In this document: in pieces, positions 41,216 to 54,527 of the stretch
How the letters are laid out: the number at the start of each line of letters is the position of its first letter
Numbering within the stretch: position 1 is the first letter of the stretch
Assembly: GCF_022045235.1 (NCBI RefSeq)
Contig: NW_027266274.1
Span: forward strand, 4,092,001 to 4,156,000
Reading direction: 5' to 3'
DNA: 64,000 bases
Origin: Haliotis cracherodii
Taxonomy: Eukaryota
Notes under the pieces: generated by a model
Database searches by the model: none
Told to the model about the DNA's origin: nothing
The model's input: only the letters and a program-made list of their open reading frames with translations
Position numbers and translations under genes: made by a program

Positions 41216-41310
41216 GGCCCACTTTCACAAAGTGATCTTAGCACTAAGACTATCGTATGCCTTTGTTAAAGTATCATCTTAGCGCTAATATCGCTTTGTG
41301 CAAGTGGGCC
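41216..41310. mobile_element. Palindromic PIF/Harbinger-like MITE, copy 1
   Basis: TIR GGCCCACTT(T/G)CACAAAG(T/C)GAT..TTAGC; CAG TSD at 41213-41215 and 41311-41313. Confidence 0.75.
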
Positions 41311-43114
41311 CAGGACTATTGCTATATATATAAGATTCAGGCATGAGAAGGTATATAGTATTGTGGTACATAAATCCTCCCTCGTTCCTTCACAAACATA
41401 AGTGTTGACAAGCTGTAATGGAAAACTGGTTCTGGACTGTTTTTCAACAAAATTACAAAAATCGAACTTTTGAAGCTTTACAGTTATCTCTCTTGGTACG
41501 GTGATGTGACCTTCGTCATTGTTCTGTAGAGTTGTGACATCATGCACTGATACATTTATCAGTTATTAAGGACTGAAGAGGCCTATGTGAACTGAAAGCA
41601 CTTGCCAGTAAATGGATTGATACCACTACATATTTATATTTATATTTATAAATGACCTGAGTTGTGTACTTCATGAATTATCTGTATATATATATAAATA
41701 TTATGTGTTAACCCACATATGTCTATGGAACTGAGAAAGTCTTATAAATTTAAACATGGGTCACTATGACACGTGTCGACCCAGTGTATATGATCATGGA
41801 AAGAGGAAGTATAAAGTCGTTGAATACAGTCACACATGGCTAGGCCCCAATCTGGACATCTGCAGTGAGACTGGTTCTTATAAGGAGTTGAAGTGCTACA
41901 CAGCTATGGAATTTCATCTTGATTCACTGGCATGTTTCTAAACATGCTGCAACATCATCTCACCTCATATTTGTGTTGGTGAATCATAAGCCAGATATGT
42001 GTCAGACAGTTTAATACTTCTGTGAATGACAGTAACTGCTGGTGTGACAAGAAGCTATAATTACTACCTCCACACAATACTTAAAAGAGACTCTCCCACA
42101 GAAATGTATGGAATTCATGGTAAATGTGGTATAACTAGTTTGAATAAATTCATTTGTCATCATGATATTTCAAGAGAATATTTAAAGAGAAGACTCGTAA
42201 TTCCTAATACTCCAGCATGGAACTGGAAGTTAACAGGCGTCCATACATCTATTTTCTATGTAACTGTTTTACGAAAAAACTGTGACTGCTGTTTTATGCT
42301 GTCATCAATATTTTAGCAGTGCCAATACCTGTTAGTATTTTTGTCTGGGTCGGACAAACCAGTGACTGATGGCATGAACATCATTTAAACCATCCAATCC
42401 TTATCATTTAGCTCTAATGAAATGCACTGTCTACATGGGACCTACTCCTGAGTCGCCAGAGGGCACACTTCAGAAACATCTGTAGCTGTCACTATCTTGT
42501 TGAGTCAGAACCTTAGTATTCTTAGTATTATACAAAACAAGGAATTCTTGAAAAATCCATATAACCATTCCAGCATTTCCTCATTAGAACAGATGTTACC
42601 CAATATATACACTAATACCGAGAGAATCATCCAAATGTTACAAACAGATTGGATGTAAAGTAAGATCAGAAAGATAGTGCTATTTAGCCAACATTACTCA
42701 GAAGTCGTGAATTAACATATTCCATAATATCCAACTTGAATACACAAATCTTCCATCCATTTATGCTGTTCAGAGGAAACCTCACCAATGAAATGTTTCT
42801 ATTGCTAAGGAACGTCCTACTTCGAGACCCACTTCAGCCTGAGCTGTGTGTTGATGAAAGGCTTACTTCCCCATACTTCCCTCTGTTAAGTGTTTTCATG
42901 TCCACCGAACTCTGAAAGTTGTCTGTGACTTCACACAAAGTGATAAGGGTCTGATCCTAGAGGCTAACAGGGACACACAAAGCCCATTCATCTCCATCTC
43001 CGGAAAGCCTCTGTTATATATATGCTGTATATGTACCCTGGGTGGACAAACATTGCCGGGCGATCCTTTGCACATGCAGGTACTGCATCAAACTGCAGCA
43101 TTGTTCCTAAGGAG

Positions 43115-43377
43115 AGATACCCGTGAAGATCCGGGGTAGAATAGGTCTTCGGCAAGTAACACTTCACGTACAATGCGACTATGCTTGTTGTAAGAGGCAA
43201 CTAACGAGATCGGGTGGTCAGGCTCACTGACTTGGTTGATGCATGTCATCGTATCCGAATTGTGTAGATCAATGCGCTTGATATCATTCATGTCTGCCCC
43301 AGACTCGATTATTTACAGACTGCCGTCATATAGCCAGAATATTGCTGAGCGCTGCGTTCAACAACAAACAAACAAAA
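43115..43377 (+). mobile_element. SINE-like interspersed repeat with (AAAC)n tail
   Basis: CCCGTGAAGATCCGGG...GGTGGTCAGGCTC..TGACTTGGTTGA...GAATATTGCTGAG..AACAACAAACAAAC; degraded relatives at about 14290, 31490, 32560, 42340 and 48095. Confidence 0.65.
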
Positions 43378-43979
43378 CTGCATCAAGATGGGTTACAATT
43401 AGACTAACATATGAAATCTTGTCTTACACAATACCTTTCGCTCCTCTAAAAATATTTTTTCCTGATGCTGATGAGAGCTGGCTAGACTTGCTTCTATATA
43501 ATCTTGACTGGAATTGTTTTCATAAAATACACACACTCCCAACTCATGGCGCTGGCCTGGGATACCTGGCACCCATACAGATACGGAATCAAAGATGATT
43601 AATAACAATAGGAATGTTTGGTATGAAACTAACATCCTTTGGTTTCCAATGATTGAGTATAACGATTCATTGAATTGTTGTTGGACTGCACTTGTTCATG
43701 GCTCAGTAAGTCAAAATACAAATGGTGGTACCATACTAGACTATGAATAGTTCTGGGAAAGGGAATAAAATGAATACCACCCACCCCTCCTCACCCACCC
43801 CCAGTCCCCCGGTCCCCCTGCCACTGTCCCCCTCTACCTACCTACTCCAGCAGCAACCAGGGAGACACAGTACCAGCTTGTTCTCTCTGACTAAGTAAGT
43901 ATATTTGTATGATCGTTTTAATAACCAGTTTGAAACTTGGCCAAAAGGCATACCAACTAAAATCATTCTTAACACTTAC

Positions 43980-44036
43980 CATGTCAGCCAAATTGGTCAC
44001 ATATGTGGTTTGATTAATGTCTGACCTAGCCGGCAT
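43980..44036 (-). CDS. Candidate alternative first exon (MPARSDINQTTYVTNLADM, or a bare ATG) splicing to exon B
   Basis: Consensus donor ATG|GTAAGT, phase 0, compatible with the 40261 acceptor. Confidence 0.33.
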
Positions 44037-44119
44037 ATGTATATATGTTACTTGATTACAGTCACACATTATTGTCCTATATTAAGTCCACAACTGTTCA
44101 TGAGATTTGTCTGGTGATT

Positions 44120-44937
44120 GCGATGTGTGTAGTGTGTGTTTAGTGTGTAGTGTGTGTGATGTGTTTTGTGTGCATGTAGTCTTTAGTGTGTAGTGTGTGT
44201 GATGTATATAGTATGTGATGTGTGTTGTGTGTGTGATGTGTGTAGTGTGTGATGTATATAGTATGTGATGTGTTTAGTGTGTGTGTGTGATGTGTGTGAT
44301 GTATATAGTATGTGATGTGTGTTGTGTGTGTGATGTGTGTAGTGTGTGATGTATATAGTATGTGATGTGTTTAGTGTGTGTGTGTGANNNNNNNNNNNNN
44401 NNNNNNNNNNNNNNNNNNNNNNNNNNNNNNNNNNNNNNNNNNNNNNNNNNNNNNNNNNNNNNNNNNNNNNNNNNNNNNNNNNNNNNNNNNNNNNNNNNNN
44501 NNNNNNNNNNNNNNNNNNNNNNNNNNNNNNNNNNNNNNNNNNNNNNNNNNNNNNNNNNNNNNNNNNNNNNNNNTGTGTGATGTGTTTAGTGTGTGTGTGA
44601 TGTGTTTAGTGTGTATAGTGTGTGTGATGTGTGTAGTGTGTGTGATGTATATAGTATGTGATGTATTCAGTGTGTGAGATGTGTTTAGTATGTAGTGTGT
44701 GATGTGTTTAGTGTGCATGATGTGTGTAGTGTGTGTGTGTGATGTGTTTAGTGTGTGTGATGTGTTTAGTGTGTGTGATGTATACAGTATGTGATGTGTG
44801 TGTGTGTGTGTGTGTGTGTGAGATGTGCTTAGTATGTAGTGTGTGATGTGTTTAGTGTGCATGATGTGTGTAGTGTGTGTGTGTGATGTGTTTAGTGTGT
44901 GTGATGTGTTTAGTGTGTGTGATGTATACAGTATGTG

Positions 44938-44978
<41 letters not shown>

Positions 44979-45093
44979 ATGTGCTTAGTATGTAGTGTGT
45001 GATGTGTTTAGTGTGCATGATGTGTGTAGTGTGTGTGTGTGATGTGTTTAGTGTGTGTGATGTGTTTAGTGTGTGTGATGTATACAGTATGTG

Positions 45094-45132
<39 letters not shown>

Positions 45133-45520
45133 ATGTGCTTAGTATGTAGTGTGTGTGTAGTGTGTGATGTGTTTAGTATGTGTGTAATGTGTGTGATGTT
45201 TAGTGTGAGTGATGTGTATAGTAAGTGTTTAGTGTGTAGTGTGTGTGATTTGCATAGTGTGTGTGATGTGTTTAGTGTGTAGAGTGTGTGTGTGATGTCT
45301 GTAGTGTGTGTGTCTGATGTATGTAGTATGTGATGTGTGTAGTGTGTGTGATGTGTGTAGTGTGTGTGTCTGATGCATATAGTATGTGATGTGTGTAGTG
45401 TGTGTGATGTGTTTAGTGTGTAGAGTGTGTGATGTGTGTGTAGTGAGTGTGATGTGTGTAGTGTGTGTGATGTGTGTAGTGTGTGTGTGATGTGTGTAGT
45501 GTGTGTGATGTGTGTAGATG
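44120..45520. repeat. TG-rich low-complexity / compound microsatellite region
   Basis: GTGTGATGTGT(T)TAGT motifs and (TG)n runs, with about 150-bp triplication at roughly 44680-45150. Confidence 0.95.
44388..44573. other. Assembly gap (186 N)
   Basis: Run of n characters. Confidence 1.
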
Positions 45521-45744
45521 CGTGTTGTGCATCAAACATGCAAAACTGGCAGCTAATTTCTGTAATCAATTATCAAATTGAAAGGTATAAATAAATACTG
45601 TATGTTTGTCTGATCATCTATAAGACAGGCATTTCATATTCACGATCAATCATACTTATTTCGAGCCTGCCATGAGGAACTACAGCTCCAACATCAGCTC
45701 TGTTAAATACATGGAGGATGGCCATATCCTGGTGTGACTGCTAT

Positions 45745-46160
45745 GACAATGACAGTGTGCAGAGCATGTGTTCACAGTCATACACAATGGATGGTCCCAT
45801 GTGACAGTGTGCAGAGCATGTGTTAACAGTAATACACAATGGATGGTCCCATGTGACAGTACAGAGCATGTGTTCACAGTAATACACAATGGATGGTCCC
45901 ATGTGACAGTACAGAGCATGTGTTAACAGTCATACACAATGGATGGTCCCATGTGACAGTAGAGAGCATGTGTTAACAGTCATACACAATGGATGGTCCC
46001 ATGTGACAGTACAGAGCATGTGTTCACAGTCATACACAATGGATAGTCCCATGTGACAGTACAGAGCATGTGTTCACAGTCATACACAATGGATGGTCCC
46101 ATGTGACAGTACAGAGCATGTGTTCACAGTCATACACAATGGATGGTCCCATGTGACAAT
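45745..46160. repeat. 50-bp minisatellite, about 8 copies
   Basis: Unit ATGTGACAGTACAGAGCATGTGTTCACAGTCATACACAATGGATGGTCCC. Confidence 0.95.
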
Positions 46161-46960
46161 GTGCTGACAACATTTCCTCAAAGATAGACACAACTACTGC
46201 ATAACCTAGTATATAACAATACTAATTAATTAAGGGTCATAATTAGGGGACAGCCATGAACAAATGAAAGGACCTATACACTATCTGAGCCCTAGTGAAT
46301 TCTTCCTGTCTGTGTAAACCCAGCATTGCTTGTACTGACTGCCTTGATTCACTGTTCAAGGTGAAGCTGCACCTCCACACACATTGTGAGGTCACACCTT
46401 GCACAATGCTGAATACCGACATGCAACCTCCAAAAACTCCACACATCTATAAATACATGTTCTAATACAGTTGAACAGCTTCTAAATCCGTGTTGCCTTG
46501 CCCTGTGTATTCTCCATAACGGAGGGGTTTGGCACACTGTCAGTGTTTTAAAGGAGCCATGTTTGGCAGACCTCCTTGTACACACCGCCTCCCCAGCCCA
46601 GCAGGATCTCAGGGAATATTTAAATTGGGGAATTGATTACACCTCCTTTTGTGTCCTGTCAGTCACCAAAAACTTGTGTTATCTTTGACCCTGACCCTGA
46701 GGGGGGGGGGGGGGTTTGAAGGGTGGTGGGGGTTTGTTACGGAAGGTGTCTATCTATAACATATATGCCTGGGAAAGGGACGCACTGCTCGACTGTTATG
46801 AAATGTTCATGTCTCTGCAAGGTCAAAATGTACATGTGTTGATTTCAGTTGTCACAATCATGTGTGAACAGGAAGGTGCATGTCATGCAGCAAACATCAC
46901 TCTGACACGGATCCGCCACATGTACTTCAAGTTGTGTTGAATAACCACCCTCACTGAACT

Positions 46961-47905
46961 CCACCACCTGGATCCACCAGTGGATCAATAACATGTACTT
47001 CACCACCTGGATCCACCAGTGGATCAATAACATGTACTTCACCCCCTGGATCCACCAGCAGATCAATAACATGTACGTCACCACCTGGATCCACCAGCAG
47101 ATCAATAACATGTACTTCACCACCTGGATCCACCAGTGGATCAATAACATGTACTTCACCCCCTGGATCCACCAGCAGATCAATAACATATACTTCACCC
47201 CCTGGATCCACCAGCAGATCAATAACATGTACTTCACCCCCTGGATCCACCAGCAGATCAATAACATGTACTTCACCCCCTGGATCCACCAGCAGATCAA
47301 TAACATGTACTTCACCCCCTGGATCCACCAGCAGATCAATAACATGTACTTCACCACCTGGATCCACCAGTGGATCAATAACATGTACTTTACCACCTGG
47401 ATCCACCAGTGGATCAATAACATGTACTTCACCACCTGGATCCACCAGTGGATCAATAACATGTACTTCACCCCCTGGATCCACCAGCAGATCAATAACA
47501 TATACTTCACCCCCTGGATCCACCAGCAGATCAATAACATGTACTTCACCCCCTGGATCCACCAGCAGATCAATAACATGTACTTCACCCCCTGGATCCA
47601 CCAGCAGATCAATAACATGTACTTCACCCCCTGGATCCACCAGCAGATCAATAACATGTACTTCACCACCTGGATCCACCAGTGGATCAATAACATGTAC
47701 TTCACCACCTGGATCCACCAGCAGATCAATAACATGTACTTCACCACCTGGATCCACCAGCAGATCAATAACATATACTTCACCACCTGGATCCACCAGC
47801 AGATCAAGAACATGCACTTCACCACCTGGATCCACCAGCAGATCAATAACATGTACTTCACCATCTGGTTCCACCAGCGGATCAAAAACATGTACTTCAC
47901 AACCA
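46961..47905. repeat. 39-bp minisatellite, about 24 copies
   Basis: Unit CCACCTGGATCCACCAG(TG/CA)GATCAATAACATGTACTTCA. Confidence 0.95.
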
Positions 47906-48094
47906 ACACCTTCCAATAATAAACAGTTAACAAAAGGTTAAAGCACCCTCATCACCACCGCTGTACACACTGCATGACAATGTCCTCAGACTGTCTGTAT
48001 CATGATGGCAGCCATGTATCCAACAACACCTCTGGGGATCCTGGGCCTGCTGAAACCCCAGCAGCAGCCTATGGTGATGGCAAGAGGCGGCTCA

Positions 48095-48258
48095 GTGGAT
48101 CAGGGGGTCAGCCTCAGTGACTTGGTTGACTGTGTGTCATCGTACCCCAGCGGTGTGGGACATTGCTCATCATATCAATCACTGGTTTGTCTAGCTGTAC
48201 CGTCAAACAGCTGCAATATTGCTACATGTGACGGAAAAGCACAAACATCTAACCAACA
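48095..48258 (+). mobile_element. Degraded SINE-like copy, family of 43115-43377
   Basis: GGTCAGCCTCAGTGACTTGGTTGAC...TGTCATCGTA...ATCACTGG...AATATTGCT. Confidence 0.5.
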
Positions 48259-50993
48259 TTTAATCCATTCTGATATCTTTCCATTAGCTGGCTAACATTT
48301 TTCTGTCAGCATTAAAGTGTGCTACACTGAGGCTTGGAGCCAGTGGCTACAGATACATATCTTTTATGGCCTAGTAAAAGTTGTAGAAACAAAGTCCTGG
48401 TTAATAATATAACAGTCTTTGCGCTATGACACATAGGAAGGCAATAATTTTATCTAAAGAACCAGGAATAATATTGACCTGAAACATTTACTGACAACAT
48501 TTCACGGACACCACGTAAACCACATGAAGTTATACTCATACTAACCCTCAGGATACCATTAATGTTAGTCAAACTGAGTCTTGCCAGTGACTACTGCCGA
48601 CTTGTATCCGTGACAGAAGCCATGTATTCTGTCTGCAGTGTTCCCATTTAGTGAGATGATATCAGACTAGATCGACCCATCACTGGTAGTGGGAGTGAAA
48701 ACAACCATTGTATGTGGCCTTTAGAAACAACATTTCAATCACTGTTAAAATGTCAACACATCTTCTGTACATTATGACATTTCCCACAAACCACGGCACA
48801 GATACACTTGCTGCCAAATGCTGCACCAGTACCCAGAGGTTGATCGCTAACATGAACTCCCACATCAACACATCTACATCTTGAGCTTAAATGGATTAAA
48901 CAGAAACTTGATCTGCACAAACAATTTCACATACTGGTGTAAAAACTAGTATCATGTTCAGCCGTTACAGCAAGATCTTGTTTAGGTCTGAGAGAACACT
49001 TCAGCATGCTTTTGACCCACATTCTGTGATACTCCTAAAGATAAATTACCATTACTAAGACTGTCAGTACACATGGAACAAAGAACCCGGCTTTCATGAA
49101 TCCACTGATTAGATTAGCACCTTGAGTGATCGATTCACTCAGCACAGAATCAGGGACGGCAAACACGTGCTTCACAAATAACTTCTATAACAAAAAATGA
49201 TATTCAGCAAAAAAGTGTTGATTATCTCAGCCATGAACTAAAGGAAACTTACAGTGAGCTCTCTATGTTGAGTTGCTCCTGTGTCAGCTGATGACTGCTT
49301 GACGTGTAATCCACAAGTGTTGCAGGGACAGTCAGGATGGGACAAGGTCCTGTATCTCCTGGCCACACCTCCTATCTACCACCCTACACAAGAACAGGCT
49401 TCCGTTTCTATCACATCCCCCAAATCTACAACCTCCTCATTATAAGGCCTCTCACTGTTCAGTGTGAATTAATCCTTCACATTCAAAGACAGGTTACGTC
49501 ATGTGTTGCATGGCTATCAACACCACCTCACATTCATCTCAAGTGCAATTTACAAGTATTAAATGCTCCTGCATAAAGGAGTGAAATGGACGACCCCTTT
49601 ATAAGACTGACAGACAGAAACCTGTCTCGGTTTCTGATTCAGTGCACCTAAAGTATTTCTCCCATGAAGCGTGTAGGTCAAATTGTTAGTACTTGTTAAA
49701 GAGGGTGCCCCTCATCTCAAATCTTTTGTACATATAAACCTGGTTGGAATTTGTTATTTTGACAGCGAGCAGAAATTGTTAGGTCAGAACAATGACTTCT
49801 GACCCCTGACGTCTCAACTCTGACACTGCGAAGTATGTGCTTCCTAAATTCCATGCTGTTGATGTTTATATAGATGGGAAACTGCAGTGGGAAGGGATGG
49901 AGGTTAAATTCACATTCCGGTGACGTATCAAATTTCTGAAATAATCAGAGGCGCAGACCACTTGTAAATATAAACAGACCATTATCCATGGCTGGACATA
50001 ACTGGAAACAAACCTTCCACTTACCAGAACAAACAACCTCCATTATGAAAACCTACAAAATGATAAACAGTTAATTTGGTCAACGGATGGTTTCCATACG
50101 TAAACATCCTTGAAAGATTTGACATATTTGATATTTCTGAGAAGCAACTGCGGACATGTGGTAATGTGTAATGGAACGGTGGCTCAGTACTGGCCAGTGA
50201 TGCATGTGTGTGATGTCTATCACATCGAAATGTCAAGTGTTATGTACGTGATTCAATACAGTGCTCCCTGCACCTGGCCCACAAACAAAAGAGTTACGAG
50301 CTGAGTTAGCAACATTTCTAAAGATCTAACCATACCAACATCTTCTCTAGAGGGTAATGCATCCCACTGCTTGATGAGGCGACTATCAGTATGTCGTAGT
50401 AGATCCTTATTTGATTACGTATTAAATCTATCGAGTAAATCATCCAGTTTCAATGATAAAATCAAAGACAATCATTCTCAATTGCAACTTCAAAATACCA
50501 GCCCTGGTTTGATATTATTTGTACATAGACAAATTAACTCTGCACTTTACACAGAGAGGATATATACATGTTTGTTCTTGATTACGATCAACCAATGAGC
50601 CATGGCTAAACTGGCACTGATCGACACTGTGATCAATACGTCACTGAAACAGACACATTTTAATTTCATGCTCATTTCATGGTCATGTTAAATTGACTTA
50701 AACATTCAATAGCTTGTTTGTTTCCTTATTGATCTGTGTTTTTAGTTGATGAAAATACCACTGACATCTAGATTTAATAATTTTGCATGGTTGTATATAC
50801 TGTAGATATTATCTACTATTAAGCCTGAAGGTTAATTGGATATGGGTGATGTAATATTATCCCATGTGTTATGAATATATGTGTATCATGTTTAAAATAT
50901 CTTTGTGGTGTTGAAATTGATATAATAATACCTGACATATTCAACTTGTAAACTGATCAAGTCTTTGAAAGGCAATTAGAAGTGATACACATC

Positions 50994-51156
50994 AGGAAGA
51001 GAACATATGGATGTCAACTTCTTTATTATAAAGGACAAAACGTTTCGGAGTAGAAACTTGCTCCTTCATCATCCACCTGAGGAAGGAGTAAGTATATGCT
51101 CCGAAATGTTGTATTCCTCAAAAATAAAGAAATTGACATCCATAAATTATCTTCCT
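50994..51156. mobile_element. Palindromic Penelope-like element with degenerate hammerhead motifs on both arms
   Basis: About 78-bp inverted arms. + strand: CTGAGGA-A-GGAG..CTCC-GAAA. - strand: TGATGA-A-GGAG..CTCC-GAAAC. AATAAA follows on each arm. Confidence 0.6.
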
Positions 51157-54100
51157 TTTGGTAACTGATGTTAGTATGAAACACATCTTGAGATCACAGA
51201 AGGTCAGGCTGAAGACTTGATCATTCTCAAAACTTTGACCCATGGAAGATATACAATACATCAACAGGTCCATATACCCCACCCACCCAGTTCCCTCTAT
51301 GTTGTGTGACATTCTGGAATACAGTCATGGGCTTATTGTCAGCAGGCATTATGGCAGAGTGAGTCATGCATCTCGATCAACCTCTATAATCCCTAACAGA
51401 ATTCTGCATTCAATCACCCTGACAAGACACAGACACAACAATGGCCGTAGTCGTTGATTACAGGCAACTGATCTGTGTACAATAGATAAGTACTTACATA
51501 CGCCAGCAGGACACGACTGACCCAACTACCGACCCTGGGGGGACGTTTAGTTCAGGGTGTAATCACATGGACGGCCAATCATCCACCTGTATTTCCGGTG
51601 CAGGGTACCTTACTCAATAGCTTCCCCTGTCTACCACAATCCAGGGAATTTCCCAGCTAGTGACGAGACAGTGATTACCCGTCGTTGAGGGAAATTGGCG
51701 ATACAAATGTCAGGATACAATGAACATACCTGTCTTAACCTGTCTATTGAGTACAGATAGCTTTGTATCAGGCTAACCAGGGCAACTTGCACGAGCCTCT
51801 ACCTACTACGCCCAGAACAAGGGGGCGTCTTATTCACTGTATGAAATGATGATTCATTTGTGTGCTGTTGAAGCATGTGGGTCAACGTTGGACATCATAC
51901 ACTACCAACATGCTTATCTAAATTTAAATTTTCGTCAATAAGAAAAAAAGGTAAAACATGAAACTAATATAAAAATATGCTCATTACAAAGGCAGCAGAT
52001 GTAAATATGTTTAAACAGAGCTCCAATGTGCCGTTACATACAATATCAAAGACTACTACAAATGCATAATCATACATAAAATAAGGTAATACAAAACCAA
52101 GAAAAAGATGAATAAAATAAATGAAAATATTCTAACCCAAAAATATCTATTCATTTTCTCCTACCTGGAGATGAGTTACAGAGTAATTAACGCAAGTATC
52201 CCACCTTGCTATTTCTTCACCTAACCTTTGCCCCAAATCACATACATCAAAACACTTGAAGTCACCATCAATCAAACGATTAATCTCACCTGGCTAACAA
52301 GAAACACCTGTATCCTCACCTGACCAACATCAAGGTGTGTAACATATAGTCGGAAGCTGCTTCAATAACTGTAGAAAGTGTTCAGCCTGATTTTACAGGT
52401 TTTAGTAGGGTTGTAAATCTGCATGTAGCCTTGGATAGAGTGCCTTAACACCACCAACCCACATTCTCCCATCCTGAGAAATCAGTCAGGGTATTCCCAA
52501 TAGTAATCCTGAAACCCATGCCAGATAAAGACATTCATACGGTTGAGTTTAATCAGGGTAAAACTGACAGCCGGACATCCAAGTATGCTGGGAATAAATC
52601 AAACATGCTTCCAGACAAATACCTCCATGGGTGTGTAGTCAGTCTTTGTGTGGGAGCTTTATCTGAATATTGTATAACAGGTGGGGTTTCACCTTACTAC
52701 ATGTATTCAATATTTAATGCTACCTTCTGATGAATCTCATGACTTGCCTCTCTTAAATGTTGTGTCCCTTCGTTCAACATGGTAATGTACAGAAAACAAG
52801 TCTCATTTGTTATTAACAATATTTGCGATATAAGGCATTTATGACTTTACACATTTCTTGCATCTTCTTATATGTCATAGATGATATAACAGGTGACGTT
52901 TTTGCGTGATGTTGTGTTTGAATAATATGGAGGTCAACACCATGACCTTTGCCCCCCTATGACATCTGACATTGACAGTTTTCTGTGTGCAGATCATGCA
53001 CATTAGACAAAGCTGTACCAACCAACCTGACTGACTAGGATCTAGTTCTACTCCATACTTGTATGGTTGGGTGGGCCAGTCTCAATACAAAATTCAGCTT
53101 TATGCATTGTTACACACCGTTACAGGTTTTAAATGCAAACCTAGAGAAACCCCAGTAAATCAAATGGTACCATTCCAGATGTCCTGTATTAATGAATCAT
53201 ATCCTTTTAATTAAATACGGATGTTTCCTTCAGTTACGTCCGGTAGAGTTTCCGTACTAGCATTGCCATGAATAATGGGGTTTGACTGTATACTCATTAC
53301 TGCAGTAAAAACTGCCTTAAAAAAACTTTATATAGGAAATCCTCAAAGTGAAGCTCTCTTGGGAGAAATGCACCAGCATTATACAACACAATAAGTGCCT
53401 GATTCATCAGAGCCCTGACACGTCAGGTATATGCACATGTTCCAACTCTGACCATATGAAACTCGGACATGACTAGGCCAGACAGCTCCTCAGAAACCTG
53501 GCTCATGAGTATCAACACTTCCCTGCATGGGAAATCAAACTGCACTTTACAACTGCCCACTTCCTGTTCTAAGAAACATAGCACAGCCATCAGTACCAGC
53601 TATCAACAATGCACTACTACATAACACTGACTTGGTCAAGTAGGACCTCTTGATCCCCATGTCCTTGAAACATACTCACAATCCTTAACAGTGAGGTCTC
53701 TATCTGCCCTGTCAGCACCCAGGGGACAATGGCGAGCAGTGCCACTGTGTGTCAGTATGTCTACGTCCACTGCTACATTAAAGACTGACTTACCCCAACT
53801 CCAGCTTCCTAGCACGTACACAGTGTCCGTCAGTCACTACACAGTATCCAAGCTGCAGCTCAGGGTTGTAACCACTCCCGCTATATCCTATTGAAATCTC
53901 CACAACTTTAGTTTAGGTTCTCCAGGCAAGGTCTGATATCTGTGCGTGGACTGGTTGGCTACCAACACCTTGCCAATTTCAGGCTGACTAATTGCAGGTA
54001 ATACACACAGACAGCAGTGGGTTAGAGACGGGAGGTGGTGCGTGTATGCCCAGGTCCCAACTCCAGTAGGTATAGCTTGTACATTGCAGGTCATCAAACG

Positions 54101-54527
54101 CCCATTTCAGATCATCAAACGTCATTTTGATGTCTCGTGACTTTGCGGACAATAAGGTTTGTGATTTATTTCAAACTAATACAGTTCCGCTTTACTAAAG
54201 CAGAGCCAAGTTTTAAAACATGAAGACATTTCTGAGGCCTTCAAGTGACCTTGCTATGTCATATATTGTTTATTTCAGTGACTCAACATTTTCAGGTATC
54301 TGATGACATACATTAAATACACCTGTTTCACAAAATATCTGGGAGATGCAGGGGTCCTTTAGTGAGTGAGTTAAAATTTAACATTGTATCCCATTATTTC
54401 AGGCATAGGGCGACTGGGGTCCTTTAAGTGCATCAGTACTTTGTATGAATATGACAGGTAGTGTGTAGCATTACAAGATTGGGACTCCCACTTATCCATC
54501 ACAGAACACTCAGGGCACACGAATTGT

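Noticed and set aside
44362-45569. His/Thr-rich and Cys/Val-rich ORFs
   Set aside because: These are translations of the TG microsatellite and the N gap.
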